Shown here: piece after piece, positions 36,741-47,939 of the stretch | Layout of the letters: each line of letters begins with the position of its first letter | How positions within the stretch are numbered: the first letter of the stretch is position 1 | Assembly: GCA_013239625.1 (NCBI GenBank) | Contig: MU054220.1 | Span: forward strand, 6,308,626 to 6,372,625 | DNA: 64,000 nt | Reading direction: 5' to 3' | Source: Lama guanicoe | Taxonomy: Eukaryota | Made by a program: the position numbers and the translations under genes | The notes under the pieces: model-generated | What the model was told of the DNA's origin: nothing | Seen by the model: the letters and a program-made list of their open reading frames with translations, nothing else | Database searches by the model: none

Positions 36741-37062
36741 TTAATTAATTTATTTTTTAATTGACGTATAGTCAGTTACAATGTGTCAGTTTCTGGTGTA
36801 CTGCATAATGTTTCAGTCATACATATACATACATATATCCATTTTCATTTTTTTTTATTAAAGGTTACTGCAAGATATTGAATATAGTTCCCTGTGATAT
36901 GCAGAATAAAATTTTTTAATCTATTTATATATATAGTAGTTCATATTTGCAAATCTCGAACTTTCAATTTATCCCTTCCCACCCCTTTCCTCCTGGTTAC
37001 CATAAGACTGTACACTATGTCTGTGAATCTGTTTCTGTTTTGGAGATGAGTTCATTTGTGCC
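36741..37062 (-). mobile_element. Camelid L1 3' UTR, copy 2 of a tandem pair
   Basis: 'aattgacgtatagtcagttacaatg...tgcaaatctcgaactttcaatttatcccttcccacc...gagttcatttgtg'. Confidence 0.85.
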
Positions 37063-38926
37063 ATGACATTTTAATCTCTGAGTACCACCTTGGGGTTACC
37101 AGCATGTTCTGGTACCTGAGTGCTATCTGTATTTATTGTCCAATTTCCTTCTTTTTTCTCTGGAAACATGTAATTAATTACAAAATAATTGGCCACAAGG
37201 TTGAGTGAAGAGTAATTTTCTTTCATTGTGTATGTTTTATTTTTTTGATTTACAAAAGACTAAGGGAGGATGCTGTGATATCAGTTTCTTGAAAGTTAAG
37301 TGTGATGTTATACACATTTCTTTTCTAAAGAATATTATATAGGCTTCCAACCCAAGAGAGAACACAGTACATTGGAACAGAGAATTTTCAGTCAAGTGAC
37401 CTAGATTTTGTGACTGGGGACATATCTTATCATTATAACTTAAAAGGATTGGAAAGCCATATAAACCCATTGACTCTAGTGGTTTCTAAAGGCTGACCTA
37501 AGAACTGGTGCTAGTCTCTGACAAAGATGTATTGGCTAGTAGGGACCTTATCTTCCCTGTTAGATACTTGCTTTTTATTTGATTTTTTTTCTCTTCTAAA
37601 TAGCTTTTCTTCAACTTTCTTTTCTAGCATTCCTTTGTTTATTTCATAACTTCCAAATTTTTAGGATTTAAATTTTTTTTCCCTAATGCATACCAGGCTA
37701 TAAATATCCCTCTAAGTAACATTTAGCTGCATCCCACAGTTTTCATAGGTATGTTTTCTTAATCATTAGGTCCTAAATATTCTCATTATTATACTGTTTT
37801 CATTTTTCCTTGACCAGTGAATTATTCATTCAAGTATTTCTGAAATTCTAAACATTTTTCTAGTTATTTCTACTTAATAATGTCATTGTACTGTGGAGAG
37901 AAATCTTTGTAGTCTGTATTCTACCCAGTTTTCAAAATTTATTGAGATTTGTCTTGTAGCCCAACAGATTAGTAAATGCCATTAAGTGTACATGTGTGCT
38001 TGAAAAGAATGTGTATTCTACAGTTATTGGGTGCAGCAATTATAAAGTCCATTAGAGCAAATGTGTTTATCATGTTCTTTAAATTAAACAGGTAATTTTT
38101 TTTTGATCTTTCAATTACTGAGAGAAGGATAAGAGCATCTCCAAATTGACAGCACATTTGATTATTTCTCCTTTTAGTTCTCTGGGATTATATGTATATA
38201 ATTTACATGTATTCATATGTGTAAATATGTGTATGAATATGCATACATGAATATTATGTGTATAATATGCTTGTGTATATGTAAGTGTGGGATTAGATTC
38301 ATACAAGTTTATAATTTTATATCTTCCTGGACAATTATATACCAACTCTTTTTAGTTCTAATAATGTTTTTTGCCTTAAAATCTATTTTGCTTGATCATA
38401 CAAAAACTATACAAGCTTGCTTTTTGATATCAAAATGCAAATGAATCAGTTTAATTATAATATTACAGATAACACTAGCATTTAATATAATATGGCTAGG
38501 GATTTTCCAGTCAACCAACAATGAAATTATTCAACAAACATGAAGTGCCACCTGAGCACTTAAAAGTATGTGTGTCGAATGCACAAGTGTTATCACATTA
38601 CTATTAAATTTAAGATATCATATAAGTTAAACACACAGGAGATTTTTTTGATTAAATGTATCTCTCCACCCAGGATAATGCATTGAGAAGTAATAATCTT
38701 ATTGGTATTTTTTACCTATAAGAATTCTGACAAGATAAGTTTTACTGTTTTCCTTTAACATCAATTTGTCAACTTATTAGTTGTTCTATTATTAAGTCTA
38801 CAGGCATATATTCTTCTGTTGTATGAGGTGTTAAGTCAGATGCAAAAGATATTCATACAGTGCCTGTTTTTAATTCTACCACTCAAATAAATGAATGAAA
38901 CAGATAAGATAAAAATATATTGAGTT

Positions 38927-39042
38927 GGGTAGGGTATAGCTCAGTGGTAGAGTCCATGCTTAGCATGCATGAAATCCTGGGTTCAATCTCCAGTACCTCC
39001 ATTAAAAAACAAATTAATTAATTAATCTAATTACACACCCCA
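38927..39042 (+). mobile_element. Camelid tRNA-derived SINE (Vic-1 type)
   Basis: gggtagggtatagctcagtggtagagtccatgcttagcatgcatgaaatcctgggttcaatctccagtacctccatt; A and B boxes intact. Confidence 0.9.
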
Positions 39043-39113
39043 GTATATATATATGTATATATATATACACACACATATATATATATATACTGATTTATAT
39101 ATATATAATATAC

Positions 39114-39155
<42 letters not shown>

Positions 39156-39215
39156 TGATTTTTATATATAATGTATATATACTGATTTATATATATAATA
39201 TACATAGATATATAA
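39043..39215. repeat. Complex (TA)n/(CA)n microsatellite with three 'actgattt' units
   Basis: Direct reading; lies at the SINE tail. Confidence 0.9.
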
Positions 39216-40881
39216 ATCAAAGATACTAGCATACCTTATATTAGGCTTAAGTGAGTATTGAAAAATATTTGCTACCTCCTAATGAATTACTCATAGACAA
39301 ATTAGTATATTTTAATATGATTTTAAATGTTTCAAATCATATATCACAGTGTTCTTCATGAATATATTATAAAATAGGATCATGTTTCTCTTATATCCAG
39401 ACTATGGCTTTACATTTAAAGATAAACCTCTATGGTTCTTTCATCTCTAATAATGTATATAAATGATGCCCACACACACAACTAAAGTCTATAATGGGTA
39501 GATAAATACTGAATGCCAGGGCAGAGTCAAGGTCAAAAAGCACAAAAACTTGATCTACTTCCTATTTTCCTCCAACCATGTCACAATTTTGTTTTGTTTG
39601 TATTTTCCTGGCATCTCTTTTCAATCTTTTTTCCTTTAGAACGTCAACTTTCTTCTGTTTTAAGCATGTCTCTTGTAAACAACACAGTTGGATTTTGTTT
39701 TTCCCTAGTCTAGCTGTCTGTGTTTTATCTGGATACTGAATCAATTTACATTTGTTGCAATTTCTTAAATGACTAGATTTATTTCTACCATCAAATTCTC
39801 TACTCTCCATTTGTCCTGTTTTTTGAGTCTGTATTTTTTTTTTCTCCTCCATTATTTCTTTCAACTGTTTTATTTTGATCTGGATTGATTTTCAATTGAT
39901 ACTATTCCATATTTTCATATCTATTGGTTTTGATTTTATGTGATCTATAGTTTAATGGTTACCTTATAAATTTTAAATTATATGCATATCAGTTTTGAAG
40001 CAATTCAATATCATTACACTCCATCCAAACAATGAAAGACCTTATAGTATTATAACTCAGGCCAACCCATTATGATAGTTATGGCCATGTATTTTAGTTT
40101 ATCATTATCTTTATAAGTCCACAACAAACACATTTGTTTTATATGGTTATGATTTGTTAGTTTTACTTACATATTTTCATGTTTATTTAATCTTCATTTC
40201 TTCATTCAAATCTCAGATCTTTCATATAAAATAACTTTCTTTGCACCTGAAGTTCATTATTAATGAATTAATTGATTCAAAAATATTTATTGAAAGCTTG
40301 TTACATCTCCCTAAATATGGCTAATATAATTGCAGCATATTAAAAATGTAGATAAAAATCTTTGTCTATTCTTTAGAGGTTTTTAAAGTGATAATCACTT
40401 TGTGGCAAAGCAGATATTATGATCTAAAAATGTTTTCTTTCTTTGACCCTTATTTTCTAAAAGATATTCCTCTAAGATAATGGCTACAACCTCTAAAAAT
40501 TTTAAAAAATGTTATTGTCTTTGGTTATCTCTACTTTCACTATAATGCGTTTATTTGTGTCTTTTCTGTTTGGAATTTGTTAGACATTCTGTGGATTGTT
40601 GTTTTTCATTAGTTATAAAGAATTGCCAGTTATTACCTGTTTAAATATCATGTTTATCCCATATTATGTCTTTCATGTTTAACAGTTTTTCTATTCTGTA
40701 CTGATTATGGAATATACCATTATACCTTTCATTTTTACTATTTCTTTCATTTGCTCTATGAATTCATTAATACTCTGTGTGCATTCATATATATGAGAGA
40801 GAGAAAGGGGGAGAGAGAAGGAGTTCTATGGGAAGCCCCACGGAAGTAGATGCAAGACTCTGTCTGCTGTCTTACACTCCC

Positions 40882-41251
40882 TGCTATGGTCCTAACATTT
40901 GTGTCTCCAGAATTCCTGTGTTGAAATCCTGACCCCCAAGGTGGAGTATTAGAAGTGACTCTTTGGAAGGTGGCTAGGTCATGAGTGTGCAGCCCTCATG
41001 AATGGGATGAGAGCCTTTATAAGAAGCCCCAAAGAGCTGACTAGTCCCTCTACCGTACGAGGACACAGTGATATAATGTATATGAACTATAATGGACTAT
41101 GAACCAGGAAGAGAGCCCTCCCTCACAGGAATGCAGCTGTGCTGGTGACTTGACTTGAGATTTCCCAGCCTCCCTAACTGTGAGGAACAAATTGTTGATA
41201 AGCTTCCCCGGCTGCAGTATTTTACTGGAGCAGTCCAAATGGACTCAGACA
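40882..41251 (+). mobile_element. MaLR solo LTR, MLT1A-like
   Basis: TG...CA ends ('tgctatggtc', 'ggactcagaca'); flanks ctccc/ctctc match 4/5 as a TSD. Confidence 0.9.
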
Positions 41252-44200
41252 CTCTCCTTAAGGTTGTGAATCTGAGGCTTAAATGAAATGGAGTTGGCAT
41301 ATTCCCTCCAAATCTAAGCCAGCTTAAGTATTTTATTTTTTAACTCATTGGTTTTTTCTTTCATTTAGCCTTTGTCCTGGTTACCTTTCTGCTGGTTTAT
41401 GAATGCACTTTAATAGCTCTTTCTTTTAATTGACCCAGTTGTTTTTGATGTTCATTTCTCTCTCTATATTTAAGATACCTATCTAAGGATTAAAGACATG
41501 GAGGAATTTTCCTAGCTTACCTGTATATTTCAGCATCCTTCACTTTCTTAAGTCATTGAATCTGTTTTATGTGCAGCCACAGCTCCAACTGAAGAAAAGT
41601 TTCTATCTACATGTCATATTTTCTGTCAGTATGATAAGGAATATCAAATGAGACACAGAAGAGGGAGAATTTCCCCTCTAATCAATAAGCAAAGCATAAA
41701 CACATTCGCCCTCCAGAAAAACTGATTCATCTTTTTCAGGTAGCTGAACTATGCACTGTGCAATTCTCTCTTTTAGGAGATGTCAATTTACAATGCAAAA
41801 TATCTAGTCTGTTTATGAAAAGGGCCTCAGTTGAAAAATGCTTCCTCTATTCACAAGGATCCGTTATAAATAAAGATTTTATTTTTTAATTGTCTACCTT
41901 AATCCCAGGCTTCCTCAACCCTGAATCACCCTATGTCAGCCTTGCCCCTCAGTTAATACCCATCTTTAAAATTTCCCAAAGCACAATGACCTTGTCTTCT
42001 GGATGTCGCTCAGGAGCAATAGTTGTGTGTGCATGTGTGTGTGTGTATGTGAATCTCTAAATGATGAACCATGGGACATCGCAGGGTGACTGATTTCACT
42101 TTGAACTTCACTGTTGGAAAGAAGGAGACCCAGCTGGTTTTAGACAGCAAGACTAAGGAGAGAAGTGATTTTCACATTAAGAATAATTAGAAGGACATCG
42201 ATCTCACTGAATTACTTCAATGAGTATTCAAATTACTGTTCAGTGTTTATTCTTTCTTTTGAATTCTTTTATTTGTTAGGCTTATTTTTGTATCTCTACT
42301 AGTATGTACTCAGGCCAGGGACTCTGAGGCAGGACGGTCAGGAAACAATTCCAAAATAAGTGACCATGTATCTTATTAATTTGGGGGATAGACCTGAATA
42401 TAGAAAACTATAAACAGTGGCCTCATGTGGACTTAAGTCTAGTGAAAGGATCTTTAACCACTGTTCAGCAATGTAGCTATTTTATTCAACTGAACTTTAT
42501 TTATATGATTTATGCAAAATGCCCAACGTTAAAATCTTTCTGAGGAAACTGAAGGCAATCAATCCTCTTCAGCCTCTGACTTCCTGCTAATTACCAGTAC
42601 CACTGGACATCACCCTGTTGGCTTAAGAAATTGTATCTCTGAATTTTATTTCTACCACTCACTCTGTGATTGTACTCATGGTTCATGTGAATACAGAGCT
42701 CTACAGGAAGGACTGGTAACCATGGTGATGGGAGGGTGCTTTCTGCACTAACTCCACTGTACAAAATAATTTATGCATGAATGTAAAATCACAGATGTTT
42801 TGAACCATATGCAGACTATATTTAACTACAGTGCAAGTGACAAGTTACTTGGGAGTTACTAATCCAAAGGAGGTGAGCCCTAGTCAGATAATAATACTTC
42901 CCTCTTCTCCTCAGTGGTGTAGTAGAAGCCTCCTGGGCCCAGGGTCCCACCGCTTTGGGGAATAAATGTGTTACTGTGTTGAATGTATGTGTTAATGTGT
43001 ATATGTGAGTGTGTGTGTGTACACTCAACAGTGCGGTATATGGAAGGAAATGTACAGAAAGGAATACACTGAAAAGATGATAAGGGAAAAGAAAGAAAGG
43101 CAATGTGATTTAAAAAAAAAGTCTTATTGACCCTTTTTCTTATATAGTCTATTCCTAAGAGTCTTGGTGTACAGAAATATTGACTTTTAGGGATATCACT
43201 GATTTTTTAACTTTAATTTAGGAACAATAAATATTTCTAATTTAATTTTAACCTAGAAGTTAGTGCCTTGGTTATTGGGAATAGCTCTTAGGCTGTTACG
43301 TTTGCAACTCAATGAAATCATTTATCTTCATAACAATCTTTTAAAAGGTTGAATTGTATTTTGTATAGTCTGAAACCCAAGTAAATATTGAATACATGTT
43401 TGAAATATTCATATCCAAAACTTATATTCTTTTTGGCCTCAGTTCTTAAAGGTATAAATCCTTAGTTACCCCAAATCATGCGCTTACCCCACATGCACTT
43501 TTACCAGAGTTGGCTTCAGAGGTTACATAGCCTTAAGAAATAAATAACTATGAAATTTCTGCTCTCCACCTGTAAAAATAAATGCTGCGTTAGAACAGGA
43601 TTTCTAAAAGAGAAGCTCTTAGAAATCACAAAATTAACGCAATACTTTGTGGAAAAGAGCTATTTTCAGTACCACTGGCCTTTTAGTCTTTAGAGGCAAA
43701 AGAAAGGAATGTGAAATGGAAAAGAAAACAGTTTGCATTTGCTGTGAAATTTCTCATTCCTCAGGGCATGATGGACCCAGGATTGCCTCTTTCTTCATTC
43801 CCCTGTCCTTTATCTTTTAGTAGAATGTGACATCTGCCTCTTTTAGATTAAAGTCTTCCTGGACTTTTGTCCCTCACCTCACTTCTCTGCTTAACACCTT
43901 TTGTATTGCTTTCCCCACTCTCATTTTAATATAAATTGCCTCACTGGTAATGAAATACATTTCTTCAGATCCAAGGGAGACTCACCTTAAGCAATTGTTT
44001 TTCCCTCCTTGGTGCCCTCCTTCTGTGGAAGCACTGATGTGCAATTAAACGTTAACAGAGAGCCTCAACATTAACCAGACTAAAATCTAATAGAAGGAAT
44101 AGAAGGGGGTTATTCCACAGTTAAGGAGGGCAGTTGCCTTTTGGCACATCGAGTTTTGCTCTGAGTATGGATAGGGTGCTCTCAAATGAGAAAAAGCTGA

Positions 44201-46049
44201 ACATTTGCAGTTATGGTAAAGCCACTGAGTGGCATTAGAGACAATACACCTTGACTAGGATAGATAGTGGGTTCCCAGCAGGCCACGCCAAGGCATATGA
44301 CACCACAATTGGTCAAAAATCTCAGAGTTTTCCAGATGGTTCTGACAACTGTCAATTTCAATTTTGTATGTTCGGAGAAATCACCAAACTTTTCCACTCT
44401 GGGTTGAGAAATTCTGCTTTCTGACACTTACTCCTGAGATTCAGTTTGGTCTGTCCTCTTCAATGGTTTTATACCGCGCCACGGAAAAGAAGTAGATGTG
44501 AAAATACTTAGCAACAAGCTTCTCTGCCTCACTTGTCCACCTCCTCTTCCTGTCCCTCCTGAGAAATATGACCAGGTGATGCGGTGCTGCCGTGAATCTG
44601 CTCATGTAAACACAGTAGCATTCTGTCTTCACTACAGCGCAATGTTTACTAGATCATTGAAACACATGATCTCGAGAAAGAGAACCTTTTGTTAGTGCTC
44701 AAGGAGTCTGGAAGCTCCCTTTGTGCATGTGTGGGTGGCTTTGTGTCTCTTGCTGTCAGTTTAAATGTGGACCTTAGCCTAGTGCTCAACACATAATAGT
44801 TATTAATAAATATTTGTTGTAAGAATGAAGAAAAGGATGAGAACTCAATGGGTTGTTAAGTTGAAGAGAAATGTCATTTTGCATATGCTTTTCCTGAGAC
44901 CCTATGGCACATTAATCACGGAGGTAAGCAAAAACTTCATTTCCTGGGTAACTGCAGATAGCACATGAGCACATCTTGGATTGTGGCCCGCACGCAAACA
45001 CGCTGTTGAGAGAACAGGTCAGAATTCAGAAAAGTGGCATAGTAGATTTAACCCATTTTACTATTAGTAATTGAAGTCCCTTTTCCCTTCCTTATTTTTT
45101 TTTTGTTGAAAATTAATTGCTTCTCTTCTTCCTTTTATCTCTGTTATTCCCTTAAGACCAGTGATTTTGTCTGTCCGCCTACCTCTCTATCTATATTTAT
45201 CTATTAGAAAACTGTAAATTATAGTACAGTATAAGCAAAATATTTAAATCACTCTTAATCCCATTACTTGAATGAACTAGTAGTTTTATTAATTCTTTAT
45301 ATGTATATCTTTTTCTGTGTATATGTATGTATTTTGTATATTATATGCACATATCTAATTATTTTAAAATTTACGATTAGCATTTTTTACGTCACTTTAC
45401 AGATACGCATTGGAGGATAGGTAATATGCTCGTTTATAGGTTATAGTAATTTATTTTACCATCACTTTTGGTCATTTTAAGTATACCCAATTTTTAGCCG
45501 TTATAAAATTATATGATCGTTATTCCTGTTGGAGTTAAGATAATCACCTCCTGGGGGCCAACATTTACAGTCTGGTCATTAGTTAGAGAAAATCTCTTTT
45601 TGCAGAGCTGAGACTTGCATGTCACCTGCCTCGGTTAATCTGCCGGCCCCATTGTGGACACCTGGGCAACCTGGAAGGCTGCGAGGCATCTCAGCCCGGT
45701 TATTCCTGTCTTCTAGCAGAAAGCCTCAATTAGTGCAGAGAAGCAAGGACAGGAAAGTGACATACTTGATTCCTAGCAGATTCACTCCCCTGTGGCCAGG
45801 CAAAGAGAAGGAAATGAAAGAAGAGTGCAGTGGGTGTTTATATTATAATTCTTCTGGGAATTCAGTCCGTTTTTAGAGTCTAAAAATGTTACTTGCTTTC
45901 TTTACAGAGTAAATTTCTTCAGTAGGAGAAAATTTTACACAAATAAAATGAATGCTAATCTTCTTATTGTTAGAATTCTATGACATCTGATATGGTTCGG
46001 AATATTGTATTAAAATGAAATGCCAAATTGTAGACTAATTTCTCTATCT

Positions 46050-46462
46050 GACATACAAAAGACTTCACAGTCTGATCCAAACTTCCCTATTCAACATCTT
46101 CTCTTAAAAAGTCTGTCCAAACCCCACACTAAATTTCCTAATAGTCTTGAAATCACCTTGCTCATATCTAGGTATTTTTGTATATTATTCTTTCTGCCTA
46201 GGATGTGCTTCTTCCTTCTCATCTGGTAAATTCATGACACCACAGACATGGAGGCAAAACTCATTTCTCCCTCTTCTCTGCTACTCATTTCATACTTTGA
46301 CTATAATGTGTGTGTATAATTGTGTTGTATCAGTTTGACTGTCTTTCTGCCCCCAGATCTGGTTCAAGCGGTAACTGTGTTATCCTAATATTTCATATGA
46401 TAATTGATGTATGTGAGGCATATCACTCAAACGTCTGTGGGAGGAATGAATGGATGGATGAA
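46050..46462 (+). mobile_element. L2 3' region
   Basis: 'ttctgcctaggatgtgcttc', end 'gaggaatgaatggatggatgaa'. Confidence 0.5.
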
Positions 46463-46739
46463 ACCCACACTGAATATTGGCCTTGCTGATTTAGCATAGC
46501 AAATGATTCTTCAGAAGCTGTGTATGTCTTTGCCTTATATCGTAGCCTTAAAGTGCACTTTCATGCATTTCCCAGGTACCCCATTCTATATCTAGTCGCA
46601 GTAGTTCAGGCTAAAGTTGATGCTTCGAGGAGGTATATGTCCTCCATTTCCAAACAGAACCTTTGCTGGTAATAGGAACTTAGGTATGTCATAATTCTTG
46701 ATTTCCTATTGATAACTGGCATTAGGATTTTTCTTACTT

Positions 46740-47330
46740 TCTTCTATTTAATTATGAAGATGTTCTAAATGTAGGACAATAGTAGATATTTAACCCCATC
46801 ACCTACTAGCTGTTTTTTTCACCATATTTGCTATACTATTTGCTTTCCTGGGATATTTTAAAGTAAACTACATATATCAAACTATTTTAATCCTAAATAT
46901 TTTCATATGAATCTTTTCAAAATAGAGATATTTTCCTGTATAATTGCAATGATATTATTCCAGAACATACAAACAAAAAACCAATTTCTCAGAATGATCT
47001 AATGCCCTGTCCATATTCAGTTCCCTCTAGGTATCTCAACAATGTATTTAACTGTTGGTTTATTTGAACTAGGATTCACCAAATGTCTACACATTGCATT
47101 TAGTTGTGCCCAGTCTTTATTACTTTGGGGCAGTCTTCCTTTTTTTTTTCTTCTTCTTCTTTTTTTTTTTTTTGGTCTTGAGATTATATTAGTTGTCTTC
47201 CATCTAAGTTTATATGATTATTTCTTCTTCATGTCATTTACCTTGTTTCTCTAACCCTTTATAATCCATTAACGGTCTAGAAGTTAAATCTATGGCATGA
47301 TTATATGCAACTTAAACATGTAGGGTAAGT
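46740..47330 (-). mobile_element. Old L1 3' region (L1MC4/5-like)
   Basis: 'atattttaaagtaaact...tccatattcagttccc...gtttatttgaactaggattcacc...acattgcatttagttg'. Confidence 0.65.
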
Positions 47331-47855
47331 TTTTTTCAGTCCTATTAAGTAAATAGTTATTGCTACATTTTCTTCTCCTGAATAATATGCATAAAATTGG
47401 TATATCCTCATGTCTGATATAAGATTATACAACAGGGGCTCATAGTATCTCACAGGGTGAATATTCTGGTGCATCTGGTGATACTGTAGATTGCTCAGGT
47501 GTAGGATAACACAATAGAAGGGAAAATGAGACTAAAAATAGCAATCCAAAACTTAGGTGTATGAGCTGCTGGCTCCAGGGAATTCCATTAATTAAGGAGG
47601 GCCATACAGACGGTTCAAAGCAGTTCAAATCCAAAGTGTAGGCCGTTCAAGGAAGTCATCAAGATCACGTAGATAAACAAGGGATCCAGATGATGCTATT
47701 AATACTCTGTGTTGACTACTTCAGTTGACAAATGCTGGGGTTATAAGGTTGGACTACAGGCAAAAGGAAGTTAACGGCACGGTACTGACTATGGCTTCTG
47801 ACTGACATAGTGAGCAAAATATTGGTATAAAAGTGCATACACCGTGTTCATCTTT

Positions 47856-47939
47856 ATTTTAGGGGAGGTACTAGGAATTGAACCCAGGACCTTGTGCATG
47901 CTAAGCATGAGGTCTACCATTTTGAGCTACACCCTCCCC
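47856..47939 (-). mobile_element. Short Vic-1-type SINE (tRNA-like head with short tail)
   Basis: Reverse strand reads ggggagggtgtagctcaaaatggtagacctcatgcttagcatgcacaaggtcctgggttcaattcctagtacctcccc; 15-bp TSD (12/15) at 47841-47855 and 47943-47957. Confidence 0.88.

Larger units (their letters stand above)
38426..39582 (-). pseudogene. Candidate retroposed non-repeat RNA fragment (3' UTR retrocopy or orphan transduction)
   Basis: Non-L1 sequence splitting an L1M; minus-strand ATTAAA 24 nt before a short A tract; diverged TSD-like flanks. Confidence 0.45.
37570..40790 (-). mobile_element. Old L1M (ORF2 endonuclease region and upstream), interrupted at 38426-39582
   Basis: 'gctataaatatccctctaag...gctgcatcccacag', 'tgtgtgcttgaaaagaatgtgtattct', and after the break 'gtctcttgtaaacaacac..gttggattttg'. 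Confidence 0.7.

Noticed and set aside
38927..39000. tRNA-like sequences (also at 32540-32613 and 47862-47939)
   Set aside because: SINE heads: non-tRNA 5' extension, diverged stems, A-rich tails, and a TSD in at least one copy
42055..42100. Box C (ATGATGA) and box D (CTGA) pairs here and at about 52000-52042
   Set aside because: Spacing too short for a C/D snoRNA and no convincing terminal stem
44600..44655. TGTAAACA...TGTTTAC hairpin resembling miR-30
   Set aside because: Only the first 8 nt match, and the stem is too short for a pre-miRNA
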